Assembly: GCA_038212275.1 (NCBI GenBank)
Contig: JBBQUR010000005.1
Coordinates: 128,001 to 192,000, forward strand
Origin: Planctomycetota bacterium
GTDB taxonomy: Bacteria > Planctomycetota > B15-G4
DNA: 64,000 nucleotides
Direction of reading: 5' to 3'
Part shown: in pieces, positions 1-12,748 of the stretch
Numbering within the stretch: position 1 is the first letter of the stretch
How the letters are laid out: the number at the start of each line of letters is the position of its first letter
Notes under the pieces: model-generated
The model's database searches: none
Told to the model about the DNA's origin: nothing
What the model saw: the letters and a program-made list of their open reading frames with translations, nothing else
Program-made: the position numbers and the translations under genes

Positions 1-101
1 TTGTCGCCAAGCAGCACGAGCACCGGGTGGCTCGCGAGCCGCTCGCCCTTGAAATTCTGCAGGGCGCCGAAGGTCTCGATCTCGAATCGGTCCAGTCTCA
101 T
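1..101 (-). CDS. 5' end of YhaN-like AAA ATPase (partial, runs off window)
   Basis: Reverse strand reads MRLDRFEIETFGALQNFKGERLASHPVLVLLGD..., a typical SMC/Rad50/YhaN N-terminus leading into Walker A; ATG overlaps the TGA of the upstream metallophosphoesterase (ATGA, 98-101). Confidence 0.75.
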   Translation of the reverse strand, partial: MRLDRFEIETFGALQNFKGERLASHPVLVLLGD

Positions 102-1450
102 GCCAGTGTCTCCTTCAGCAGGACTTCGCCTGCAGCGCCGTCGATCCCGATGAGCAGCGAGCGCAGGTAGGCGCGCCTGGTCTCCGCGTCCGTGCCGTGG
201 CAGCCGGCGAGCGTGGCGGGCGCCAGGCTTTCCAGCAGCTCGTCGTCCTCCGCGAGGGCGTCGAGCACGGCGAGCGAGAGCCCGAGCACGTGCGGCTGGC
301 CGCGATGGCCGTCCAGTTCGACGGGGCGACGCACGCCGGCCTCGATGAGCTCCACGGCGAGCACGCCGTCCGGTTCCAGTTCCGCGGCGAGTTGCTCGGC
401 CATCTCCTCCAGCACCTCGTCGCGCTGCAGCTGCGCCGCGGCGGGGCAGGCGCCCGACACGTCGACGCGCAGCATCCAGCGCATCGCCGCGACATGCTCC
501 GGGGTGTCGGCGGCCGCGGTGCGGTGGAAGCTCTCGCGGAGCATGGCGCGCAGCACGGAGAGATCCGCGATCGTCGCGAGGCTGTCGTCCAGCGGCAGCG
601 TTTCCCAGCGCACGCCGGCGAGTTCGTGGAACTCGGCGCTGACGGCGCCGTGCTGCGGCACCGTGACGAGCAGGGCGCCGTGTGCTCCGCTCTCTTCGGG
701 CCGATGCCCGATGAGCGTGCCGGGATAGCAGGCCAGCGGGCCAGCGGCCGACCGCTTGTCCGGCGCGAGATCCGGATCGACGAAGGCCTGGCGCGTGTGC
801 ACGTGGCCGAGCGCCCAGTAGCGATATCCCTTGCCGGCCAGATCGGCCAGCGTGCAGGGCGCCACCGCCGGGTGCCGCTGCATGCGATCGGCCTCCGCGA
901 CGCGCGCGTGCAGCAGTCCGACCGTCGGCACGCTGCCGCCTGCGGCCGGGAACAGCGCCGCGAGGTTCTCCGCGTCGTGGTCATCGGCGTGTCCGCAACC
1001 GATGACGCGGCCGACGGTCGAGCCGTCGGCCGCCGTGATCGTGACCTCCTGCGGCTCATGCCCGGACACCAGCGTGAAGTGCGACGTCGGCCAGCTCATG
1101 CGCGCGGCACGGCTCTCCGTCGAGCCCGTGTCGTGGTTGCCGCAGGCGACGACGACGTGGATGCCCGCGGCGGAGAGCCGCGTGACCTGCTCGAGGATGA
1201 AGTCCTCGGTGGCGAAGCTGAGGCGTTCGTCGCTGAAGAGGTCGCCGGCGACGAGCAGCGCATGGACGCGCTCCGCGAGGCACAGGTCGACCATGCGCGC
1301 GAAGGCGGCGCGACCCGCGTCGTGCAGCCGCGCGCGCACGTCGTCGTTCGTGACATGGAACGGCGAGTCCAGGTGAACGTCGGCGCAGTGCACGAAGCGG
1401 AAGGCTGTGCCGGGCGCGCCCTGGGGGGGAGGGTTCGACGCGGTGCTCAT
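98..1450 (-). CDS. YhaO/SbcD/Mre11-like DNA repair exonuclease (metallophosphoesterase)
   Basis: Motifs HCADVHLD, AGDLF, GNHD, WALGHVH; start placed at MSTASN (1450). Confidence 0.9.
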   Translation of the reverse strand: MSTASNPPPQGAPGTAFRFVHCADVHLDSPFHVTNDDVRARLHDAGRAAFARMVDLCLAERVHALLVAGDLFSDERLSFATEDFILEQVTRLSAAGIHVVVACGNHDTGSTESRAARMSWPTSHFTLVSGHEPQEVTITAADGSTVGRVIGCGHADDHDAENLAALFPAAGGSVPTVGLLHARVAEADRMQRHPAVAPCTLADLAGKGYRYWALGHVHTRQAFVDPDLAPDKRSAAGPLACYPGTLIGHRPEESGAHGALLVTVPQHGAVSAEFHELAGVRWETLPLDDSLATIADLSVLRAMLRESFHRTAAADTPEHVAAMRWMLRVDVSGACPAAAQLQRDEVLEEMAEQLAAELEPDGVLAVELIEAGVRRPVELDGHRGQPHVLGLSLAVLDALAEDDELLESLAPATLAGCHGTDAETRRAYLRSLLIGIDGAAGEVLLKETLA

Positions 1451-1641
1451 GGCGCGGTCTCGTCGCGGGGTGTCGGGCGGAAGGTGTGAGGCCCGCGGGA
1501 ACGGCGCCGCAACCCCGGCGCGCGACACGCCTTGGTCCGGCTCGCCCGTGGGCAACCGGCCTATCGGCAGATTTCGTCGTGAAGTTGTGCCGGTTGTCGA
1601 GAGCCTTGCCGGCCATCGCGGGGAGGGCTAGAGTCCGACCC

Positions 1642-2094
1642 ATGCTCGGGCCCGCCACACGCCGCTTCGCAAGCCGATTCGCGACGTGGGCCTTCGTGGC
1701 GTGCAGCCTCTTCGGCGCGCTGTCTCCCGCGCAGGGTCTCGTGCTCTGCGTCGAGGCCGAAGGCAGCGTCAGCATCGAGAGCGCCTTCGGCGAGAGCTGC
1801 TGCACCGAGCGTCCCGAACTGCCGCAGCCCGGCGAGGCCGGCGACGAGGCCCGGGCGCAACCGGACTCTTCCCGCTGCCTGTGCATCGACGTGCCGCTCG
1901 CGAGCGTCAGCGATCAGCGCCGGGCCCCGCATGGCTCGGTGCTCGTGTTTTCGATGGACGCACTGGCCGACGCTGCGGGAAGCGCCGTCGTCCGGCTCGA
2001 CGATCCGGCCGACCGGTGTCGCCGGGTGCGCCATGACGTGAGGCGCGCGGCCGCTTCGCTCGTCGTCGAGCGCAGCGTCGTGCTCGTCGTCTAG
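1642..2094 (+). CDS. Small Cys-rich exported/membrane protein upstream of metal efflux operon
   Basis: Hydrophobic N-terminus, LVLC...SCC...CLCIDVP, hydrophobic C-terminus (RSVVLVV); TAGAGT box 7 nt before ATG. Confidence 0.6.
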   Translation: MLGPATRRFASRFATWAFVACSLFGALSPAQGLVLCVEAEGSVSIESAFGESCCTERPELPQPGEAGDEARAQPDSSRCLCIDVPLASVSDQRRAPHGSVLVFSMDALADAAGSAVVRLDDPADRCRRVRHDVRRAAASLVVERSVVLVV

Positions 2095-2161
2095 AGCCGC
2101 GTCGTCGGCGCGACCGCGGCTCGCACGCCGCCGTCGGCCGCCTCGTCGCGCCCCGACGCAG

Positions 2162-3622
2162 ATGTCCGGGCGTCGTCCCATCCGCGCCGATCCGCGCGGA
2201 TTCCCTGCTGAACTCGTGACGGCGTGGAGACTTCCCTTGATCGTGATCCGGCCCCGAAGGCGAGCCGCTGCTGCCGGCCTCGTCGGCGCCTGCCTGCTGC
2301 AGGCGTGTGCGACCTACACGCCGGCTCCGCTCGTTCCCGACGACGAGCTGGCCGGCCTGCGCAGCGTGCAACTGCAGACGGTGCGCATCGAACGCGAAGC
2401 GCCGGGCACGGACGCGTCGGCCCGCGGGACCGGCTTCGACCTGGCCGACGGCCTCGACGAGGCGGAGCTGGTGGCCGTCGCGCTCACGCTGAACCCCGAG
2501 CTGCGCGCGCGGCGCCTGCAGCTGGGCGAGGCTTCGGCGCTGCTCGTCTCCGCCGGACTCTGGCCCGATCCGGAGCTGGCCGTTTCGGTGCTGCCCGGCA
2601 TCAACGGCGCCGATTCCGTCGGCGTCGGAGCAAGCCTGTTGCTCGAGCTGCTGGCGCCCGACGAACGGCCTGCCGGCGTCGCGCTCGCGCAAGCGCAGGT
2701 CGACATCGCGCGCGCCGACATCATGGCGGCGGAACAGCGTCTCGTCGCCGACGTGCGCCGCGCGCGCCTCGCGGTGCTTGGCTCGGAGCAGCTGGTGCGG
2801 CTGCTGCAGCTGGAGGCCGGGCTTGCCGCCGAGGCGCTCGCGCTGCTGACGAAGCAGCACGAACTGGGTGAGGCCAACGAGCTGACCCTCGCGCTGGTTG
2901 CGCTGGAAGAGGCCAGCTCGGCGCGCCGGCTCCGCGACGGCCAGGCCGCGGCCGAGGCCGCCGCTCGCGCTCTCCTCGAACGAGCCGGGCTGCCGCCGGG
3001 TGCCGAGCTTCCGCTGTCGGAGCGCGGCGAGCCGCTGACGATCACGCTGCGCATCGACCCGGACGACGACGCGCTCGATCGGCGCGTGCTCGCCGGAAAC
3101 CCCGAACTCCGTACGCGCGCCGCGGAGTACGAGGCCGCGGAGCAGGAGCTGCGGCTCGCGATCGCGCGCCAGCTTCCGCACCTCGGCGTCGGGCCGGCCT
3201 ACGAGCGCGATGTCGAGGGCAGCGAGGGCTTCGGCCTCGGCGCGACGTTCACGCTGCCGCTCTGGAATCGCCATCAGGCCGGGATAGAAGGCCGGACGGC
3301 GGCGCGCGACCGGTCGCGCGCCGAGTACGTCGCCGTGCTGCACGCCGCGCGCGCGCGGGCCTTCGCGGCGCGCGCCGAGCTGCGTCGCGCCCGCGCCGAG
3401 GTCGAGCTTCAGGAACAGCAGGTGGGGCCGCTCGCCGCGCGCACCGAGGCACTCTTCGAGGGTGCGCTGCGCGCCGGCGAGCTGACCGGTCTGGAGTGGC
3501 TCACCGCGCGCGGCCACGCGGTGGAGGCGCGCCGCGGGCTGACCGATGCGCTGCTGCGCTACGCCGACGCCGCCGTCGAACTGGATGCCGTGACAGGTGA
3601 AGGAGGATTCGACCATGAGTGA
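2162..3622 (+). CDS. TolC/CzcC-family outer membrane efflux lipoprotein
   Basis: Lipobox LQAC, ALTLNPEL and NPELR repeats, LPLWNRHQ; first gene of RND triad; exact start uncertain. Confidence 0.88.
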   Translation: MSGRRPIRADPRGFPAELVTAWRLPLIVIRPRRRAAAAGLVGACLLQACATYTPAPLVPDDELAGLRSVQLQTVRIEREAPGTDASARGTGFDLADGLDEAELVAVALTLNPELRARRLQLGEASALLVSAGLWPDPELAVSVLPGINGADSVGVGASLLLELLAPDERPAGVALAQAQVDIARADIMAAEQRLVADVRRARLAVLGSEQLVRLLQLEAGLAAEALALLTKQHELGEANELTLALVALEEASSARRLRDGQAAAEAAARALLERAGLPPGAELPLSERGEPLTITLRIDPDDDALDRRVLAGNPELRTRAAEYEAAEQELRLAIARQLPHLGVGPAYERDVEGSEGFGLGATFTLPLWNRHQAGIEGRTAARDRSRAEYVAVLHAARARAFAARAELRRARAEVELQEQQVGPLAARTEALFEGALRAGELTGLEWLTARGHAVEARRGLTDALLRYADAAVELDAVTGEGGFDHE

Positions 3623-5315
3623 CCGGATGACAGAGCAGCCCGACCCCGCGGCGCACCCCGACCCCGCGGCGCGCCCCGACCCCGCGGCGCGCCCGGACAC
3701 CCCGCTGCGTCCGGAGCCGCGCACGTCGCCGCTGCCGACCGTGCTGGTCTTCCTGTGCCTCGGCGCGCTCGGCGTGTGGGGCCATCACACCGGTTGGAAG
3801 GCGCCGCGCTTCTCCGAGCTCTTCGGCCGCAGCGCCGCGCCGGCCGAGGACTGGTGCACGGAACACAACGTGCCCGAGTCCGCCTGCATCGCCTGCAATC
3901 CCGCGCTCGTCGGGCAGAGCGCCGCCGACTGGTGCAGCGAGCACGGCGTGCCGGAGTCGCGCTGCACCGCCTGCAACCCCGAGCTCCTGAAGACAGGCGT
4001 CGCGGGCGACTGGTGCGAGGAGCACGGGCTCCCCGAGTCCGGCTGCACGATCTGCAATCCAGGCATCGCGCACCCGGGCGCGTTGCCGACGGACGACACG
4101 GCTGCCGTCGTGTCCGCGGGATCGCACGCCGGAGAGCTGCCGGAGGATCATCCGGCAGGAGAGCCTGCCGAAGCGGCCGCGGGCGCCGCGGATCCGCTGC
4201 GCGATGCGCGCACGTGCCAGAAGCACGCGCTCAAGGTGCAGTTCGCATCGGCCGCGTCGGTCGCCAGGGCCGGCGTGCGACTGGGCCAGGCCGTGTTGCG
4301 TCCGATGTCGGACTCGGTCATCGCCAACGCCGAGGTGGACTACGACCGCACGCGTTTCGCGCGGCTGGCGTCGCGCGTGACAGGCACCGCGTGGCGCATC
4401 GGCACGGAGCCGGGCGCGTCCGTGAAGTCCGGCGAGGTGCTGGCGCTCATCGAGTCCTCCGAGGTCGGTCGCGCGCGCGTCGAATTCCTGCAGGCGTCTT
4501 CGGCGGCCGACGCGGCCGGCGCGCTGTCGGCCCGCATGCGCGCTTCGAGCGAGGCGGGCTTCCGCACCGAGGCCGAGCGCCTGGCTGCGGAAGCCGGTGC
4601 GCGCGAGGCGGACCTGCGCCTGCTGCAGGCGCGGCAGGCGCTCGCGACGCTGGGCCTCGACGAGCCGCAGGCCGGCGCGACGGGGGCGGTTTCGCCCGGC
4701 CTCGCACCCGTCGTCGCACCTGGCCTCGCGCCCGTCGTCGCGCCCTTTGACGGGGTCGTGCTGTCCTGCGATGTCGTGGTCGGCGAGCGCGTCGATCCCG
4801 AGCGCACGCTCTTCGAGATCGCGGACACGCGGCGCATGCGCGTCCTGATGGACGTGCCGCAGGCCGAGGCGCATCGCATGGCGCTCGGCCAGGAGGTCAT
4901 CTTCCGGCCCGATGACGCGCGCGACGAAGTCGTCACCGGCACCGTCACGTGGATCTCGACCGCGGTGGACGAGCAGGCGCGCACGGTGAAGGTGCGCGCC
5001 GACATTCCCAACGACGACGGCGGCCTGCGGGCCCACGCCTTCGGCCGCGCGCAGGTCGTCGTGCGCAGCGACAGCCGGGCGGTCGCCGTGCCGACGGCCG
5101 CGATCCAGTGGGAGGGCTGCTGCTACGTGGTCTTCGTGCGCGTGACCGACGAAATCTTCCAGACGCGCAAGGTGCGGCTGGGCGCGCGCGACGCGGCCTT
5201 CACCGAGGTCGTCGCGGGGCTGCTCCCCGGCGAGGTCGTCGCGACGGAGGGCAGTCACGTGCTCAAGTCCGAGATCCTGAAGAGCAGCCTCGGCGCCGGC
5301 TGCGTGGACGATTGA
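3615..5315 (+). CDS. CzcB/CusB-family RND periplasmic adaptor with three N-terminal Cys/His repeats
   Basis: SD AGGAGG before ATG 3615; TM anchor; APFDGVV, RTVKVRA, VAVPTAAI, GLLPGEVV motifs; 3x WCxEHx(V/L)PESxCxxCNP. Confidence 0.9.
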   Translation: MSDRMTEQPDPAAHPDPAARPDPAARPDTPLRPEPRTSPLPTVLVFLCLGALGVWGHHTGWKAPRFSELFGRSAAPAEDWCTEHNVPESACIACNPALVGQSAADWCSEHGVPESRCTACNPELLKTGVAGDWCEEHGLPESGCTICNPGIAHPGALPTDDTAAVVSAGSHAGELPEDHPAGEPAEAAAGAADPLRDARTCQKHALKVQFASAASVARAGVRLGQAVLRPMSDSVIANAEVDYDRTRFARLASRVTGTAWRIGTEPGASVKSGEVLALIESSEVGRARVEFLQASSAADAAGALSARMRASSEAGFRTEAERLAAEAGAREADLRLLQARQALATLGLDEPQAGATGAVSPGLAPVVAPGLAPVVAPFDGVVLSCDVVVGERVDPERTLFEIADTRRMRVLMDVPQAEAHRMALGQEVIFRPDDARDEVVTGTVTWISTAVDEQARTVKVRADIPNDDGGLRAHAFGRAQVVVRSDSRAVAVPTAAIQWEGCCYVVFVRVTDEIFQTRKVRLGARDAAFTEVVAGLLPGEVVATEGSHVLKSEILKSSLGAGCVDD

Positions 5316-5325
5316 GCGGACGCCC

Positions 5326-8405
<3,080 letters not shown>

Positions 8406-8409
<4 letters not shown>

Positions 8410-9353
8410 GCGCTCGCCTGCCCGTCTCCGTCCGCCATGTCGTCGACGTCGAGCTGTTGCGCGGGCCGGCCGCCGGGCCCGAAGCCGTGCCCGACCTGCT
8501 CATCGAGGTGCCGCACGGCGCCGATCGTCGCCAGCATTACGACGCCTTGCGCGAGCGCCTGCTCGGCGACCTGCCCGACGATCTGCACCTGTACTTCAAC
8601 CTGAACACCGACATCGGTGCGTGGGACTACGGTCGCGCGACGGCCTGCGCCGTGCTCGCCGCGCAGCCCGGGCGCTCGATCCTCCTGCTGCGCTGCCTGA
8701 TCCCGCGCACCTTCGTCGACTGCAACCGGCGCGTGGACTACGAGGGCGGCCGCCGCGAGGAGGGCGCGCTCACGGCGGGGATCCCGAGCTACGTCCGCGA
8801 CGGCCGCGATCGCGCGCTGCTGCTCGAGCTGCACGACACCTACTGCGGTATCGCGCGTGCTGCCTTCGCGGCGGTGTGCGGCGCCGGCGGGTCCGCGCTC
8901 GTTCCGCACAGCTACGGCCCGCGCACGCTCGGCATCGACGCCATCGACGACGACATCGTGGCCAGGTTGCGTCGGGCCTGCGCGCCCGACGTCCACGACA
9001 CCTGGCCGCTGCGCGCCGAGGTCGACCTGCTGACCCGCGACGCGCAGGGCGCGCTGTTCGCACCCGAGGGGATGGAGGCGCGCCTGCTCGCCGACTTCGC
9101 TGCCGCCGGATTCGGCGTGAAGGCCAACGAGACCTTCAACCTGCATGCGAGCACCCTCGCGCACGAGTGGTCGACGACTTATCCGGGCCAGGTGCTCTGC
9201 CTCGAGGTCCGGCGCGATGCCCTGGTGGAGCGCTGGACGCCCTTCGACGAGATGCGCGTCGTGGAATCCCGCTGCGAGCGCGTGGCCCGGGTGCTCGCGC
9301 CGGCGTTGCGCTCCGACGGCCAGGTCGCGGCACGTCGGGGCCTTCCGCGCTGA
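8406..9353 (+). CDS. N-formylglutamate amidohydrolase-like Zn-dependent hydrolase
   Basis: EVPHG, NTD, PRTFVDCNR, PHSY, LEVRRD match the FGase-like pattern; ATGA overlap with czcA stop. Confidence 0.65.
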
Positions 9354-9418
9354 ACCGTTCGCGCCCGCCGCGCAGGCGGGCGACGGAGCCGGCATGCACG
9401 CGTATGCTGTCGCGCGCC

Positions 9419-11974
9419 ATGAGCTCGAGGCCAACACCGACGGGCCGTGGGGGAGCACGCGACCTGACCGGTCGGTGGCGCTGCGCGCGGCGCAGCCTCA
9501 GTTGCCTGGCCGCGGTGACGGCGGGGGCGATGCTTGCCGGGCTCTGCGGGTGCGACCGCGCGCCCCCGGAGTCCACGGTGGCGGCCGCGCCGCCGCACTT
9601 TCCCGTCCGCGGCCTGGGCGAGGTCGGGCCGGCGCCGGCGGCCCCCGCGGTGATCGACGAGAACTTCGACACGCTGGACGGCTGGTGGGCGCTGGCCGAC
9701 CACGCCGATGGAAGACTGACGCTGCTGCCCGCGGGCGCCTCGCCGGACGTGGTGCTGCATGAGCATCGCGTGACGCTGCCCGAAAACACCGCGCTGCTCA
9801 CCTTCGTCCCGCTGCGCGAATGGACGCCGTACTCGCTGCGCGTGCGCATGAACGGACCGCAGGCCGCGCCGGGCCAGCCGTGTCCGCAACTCATGCTGCT
9901 GGCGGTGCACACCAGGGGCGCCATGCAACTGGCCCGAGGCGAGACGCCCGCTCCGGACGAAGTCGCCGCGCTGGCGAGCCTGCTGGCGCAGAGTGCGGCT
10001 GCGTCGCCCGCCTGGTGGTTGCCGGAGACGGAGTCCGAGCTGCCCGAAGCGCGACTCGACCGGGGCCTCGGCGATGTGACGGGGCCGGGGACGGAGGCGG
10101 CGACGGAGACAGAGACGGAGACGGAGACGATGGTGCTCGTGGCGATCGACGCGTGGGGCGGCGAGCTGCAGGTCGAACACGTCTCCCTGCAGGCAACGCT
10201 TCCGCTGCGGCACGGCTACGACCCGAGTTCGGAAATTCCCGCCAGCTCGGACGAGCTCGCCATCGAGGGCATCAAGCTGTCGGGCGAATGGCGGCCGTCG
10301 GCCCTGGTGCCAGCGGGAAAGAAGCTGCTACTGCCGGTCAACGTGCCCGAGGGCGCGGTGGATGTCCTCACGGGCGTCTGTCCGGAGCCGGGCGCGGGGG
10401 TGGGGGACTCGTGCTCGTGGAGCGTGACGCTGCGGCCGGGCGGGCAACTGCTCGCCGAGGCGACCGAGCACGTCGTCCCGGATCGTGCGCCGTGTTTCGT
10501 CGACCACATCCTGCCGTGGCCTGCGGACGTCCAGGGGCCGGTGACGATCGAGTTCGCCGTGGAGGGCGCGCGCGGCATGATCTTCGGGCAGCCCAGGGTG
10601 CGGGGCCCCGAGAGCCCCGATGCGCCGTCGCTGCTCTTCGTGTCCATCGACACGCTGCGCGCCGACCATCTCGGCTTCCTCGGCTACGGCCGGCCGACGA
10701 CCCCGTATCTGGACGAGCTCGCTCGCCACGCCGCGGTGTTCACGGACGTGACGGCCGCCGCCTCGTACACGCTGCCGGCGCACGCGACGATGTTCACCGG
10801 ACTCTTTCCGCCGCGGCACATGGCGCTGGACACCGGCGACCGCCTCGATGCGGACCGCACGCCGACGCTGGCGCGATACCTCGCGGACGCAGGCTTTCAC
10901 GCCGCCGGCTTCACGGGGGGCGGCCTCGTCTCCGTGGACTACGGTTTCGCCGCCGGCTTCGACCGCTACACGACGGTCGATCCGGTGGCCATTCCGCCCT
11001 TCATCACCACAGGCGCGGACGGCAGCGTGCCGGATTCCGCGCAGATCCGGCAGGCGCGCGAGAACAACTCGCTGGATGACGTGGGCGCGTGGATCGCCCT
11101 CCAGGGCCGGCGCCGCTGGTTCGCTTTCGTGCACACCTTCGCCACGCACGAGTACGACCCGCCCGACGAAGACCGCGTCCTGTTCGAGCGCGTGCTGGAC
11201 GTCTCGCCCGACTTCAACGTGCAGGCGCGCCTGAAGCCGCAATCCGTGGCGACCGATCCGCCCACGCGCGCCGAGCTCGACCGGCTCATCGACCTCTACG
11301 ATGCCACCATCCATCACGTGGACCGGCGCTTCGGCCGGTTGCTCGAGTCGCTGCGTCGCGATCACCTGCTCGATCACACGATCGTGGTGGTGACCAGTGA
11401 CCACGGCGAGGAATTCCTGGAGCACGGCCGCCTGCGTCACTACGGGTCGCTCTACCAGGAGCTGGTGCACGTGCCGCTGCTGATCAGCCTGCCCGGCGAC
11501 GGGCCGGGCCTGCGGCTGGACGTGCCGGTGAGCCAGGCGGACCTGCTGCCTACCTTGCTGGAGCTGCTGGGCGTGCCGGTGCCCGCGGGCCTGGACGGGC
11601 GCTCGCTGGCCCCGCTGCTTGCCGGCGCGCCCGAGCCCGGCGCACCGACGCCGCTCTTCGGCAACCTCGACCTGCACACGCACGGCCGCTCGGCACTCCG
11701 GCAGGGCGACTGGAAGATCATCCACGCCGACACGAGTGCCTACCGGGTCGAACCGGCCCGTGCGCCGTGGGAGTTCTACAACCTCCGCAGCGACCCGCAG
11801 GAGCAGCGCGACCTGTCGGGCGAGGAACTTCCGGAGCTGGGTCGCATGCAGGGGCTCATCGGGGAGATCGAGGCCTCGCTCGCCGCGCGTCGCGGCGTCC
11901 GCCGGGCGGCGACGCCGGATGAGGAGGTCCGCCGCCGCCTCATCGAACTGGGCTACATCGAGGCGGCTCGCTGA
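9419..11974 (+). CDS. Sulfatase-like (alkaline phosphatase superfamily) hydrolase, probable lipoprotein
   Basis: SIDTLRADHL, YTLPAHATMFTGL, TSDHGEEF.EHG, LYQELVHVPL, C-terminal LIELGYI; lipobox-like LCGC; start uncertain (9419 or 9530). Confidence 0.85.
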   Translation: MSSRPTPTGRGGARDLTGRWRCARRSLSCLAAVTAGAMLAGLCGCDRAPPESTVAAAPPHFPVRGLGEVGPAPAAPAVIDENFDTLDGWWALADHADGRLTLLPAGASPDVVLHEHRVTLPENTALLTFVPLREWTPYSLRVRMNGPQAAPGQPCPQLMLLAVHTRGAMQLARGETPAPDEVAALASLLAQSAAASPAWWLPETESELPEARLDRGLGDVTGPGTEAATETETETETMVLVAIDAWGGELQVEHVSLQATLPLRHGYDPSSEIPASSDELAIEGIKLSGEWRPSALVPAGKKLLLPVNVPEGAVDVLTGVCPEPGAGVGDSCSWSVTLRPGGQLLAEATEHVVPDRAPCFVDHILPWPADVQGPVTIEFAVEGARGMIFGQPRVRGPESPDAPSLLFVSIDTLRADHLGFLGYGRPTTPYLDELARHAAVFTDVTAAASYTLPAHATMFTGLFPPRHMALDTGDRLDADRTPTLARYLADAGFHAAGFTGGGLVSVDYGFAAGFDRYTTVDPVAIPPFITTGADGSVPDSAQIRQARENNSLDDVGAWIALQGRRRWFAFVHTFATHEYDPPDEDRVLFERVLDVSPDFNVQARLKPQSVATDPPTRAELDRLIDLYDATIHHVDRRFGRLLESLRRDHLLDHTIVVVTSDHGEEFLEHGRLRHYGSLYQELVHVPLLISLPGDGPGLRLDVPVSQADLLPTLLELLGVPVPAGLDGRSLAPLLAGAPEPGAPTPLFGNLDLHTHGRSALRQGDWKIIHADTSAYRVEPARAPWEFYNLRSDPQEQRDLSGEELPELGRMQGLIGEIEASLAARRGVRRAATPDEEVRRRLIELGYIEAAR

Positions 11975-12019
11975 CGCGGCGGTCCCGGGCAGCGCCACGC
12001 GAGAGACACCGCGGCATTT

Positions 12020-12748
12020 TCAGTCGCCGCGCAGCGCCTCGATGTCGTCGGTGACCAGCGCGTCCACGCCCCAGTCGCGCAGCGTCCGGGCCCGGGCCGG
12101 GTCGTTGACGGTGTAGGCCAGCAGCGGCACGCCGGCTTCGTGCGCCGCGCGCACGAAGGGCTCGCTGAGCCGGCTCTCCTCGGCGTGCAGCGAGACGCAT
12201 TCCAGAGCGCCGAGGCGCTGTCGCCAGTCGTGCGGGACGGCCTCGACGAGGAGCCCGCGCAGCAGGTCCGGTGCTGCGGCCCGCGCGGCAGCCAGCGACT
12301 CCACCGAGAAGCTGGAGACCACCGGCGGCGGGAGGTGCGCCGGCCAGATGCGCGAGGCGGCCAGGGCCACGGCGCGGCCTGTCTCCTCTTCGCGACCGGG
12401 GCACGGCTTGATCTCGATGTTCGCGCCGAGCTTCAACTTGCCGAGCAGCGTGACTGCCGCCATGAAGCTGGGCACCTTCTCGCCCGCAAACTTCTTCCCG
12501 AACCAGCTGCCGGCGTCCAGCTTCGCGAGGTCCTTCCAGCGCATGGCGGCCACCGGGCCGCTGCCATTGGTGGTGCGGTCCAGCAGCTCGTCGTGCATGA
12601 GCAGCAGCTCGCCGTCCGCCGAGAGCTTGACGTCGAACTCCACCCACGGTGCACCAAGCTCCGCCGCGCGGCGCAACGCCACCAGCGTGTTCTCGGGCGC
12701 CACCTTGCGCGCGCCACGATGTGCCAGCAGGGCGGGCAGCACGCTCAA
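12020..12748 (-). CDS. ugpQ: Glycerophosphodiester phosphodiesterase
   Basis: AHRGARKVAPENT, EFDVKLSADG, MHD, NIEIKP, YTVND; TTG start overlapping upstream stop. Confidence 0.9.
   Translation of the reverse strand: MSVLPALLAHRGARKVAPENTLVALRRAAELGAPWVEFDVKLSADGELLLMHDELLDRTTNGSGPVAAMRWKDLAKLDAGSWFGKKFAGEKVPSFMAAVTLLGKLKLGANIEIKPCPGREEETGRAVALAASRIWPAHLPPPVVSSFSVESLAAARAAAPDLLRGLLVEAVPHDWRQRLGALECVSLHAEESRLSEPFVRAAHEAGVPLLAYTVNDPARARTLRDWGVDALVTDDIEALRGD

Noticed and set aside
1..1450. Anti-phage defence nuclease/ATPase system
   Set aside because: It matches the widespread YhaO/YhaN repair pair, and no other defence genes are visible in the window.
3849..4061. Multiheme cytochrome motifs in CzcB
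   Set aside because: The pattern is CxxCN, not CxxCH.
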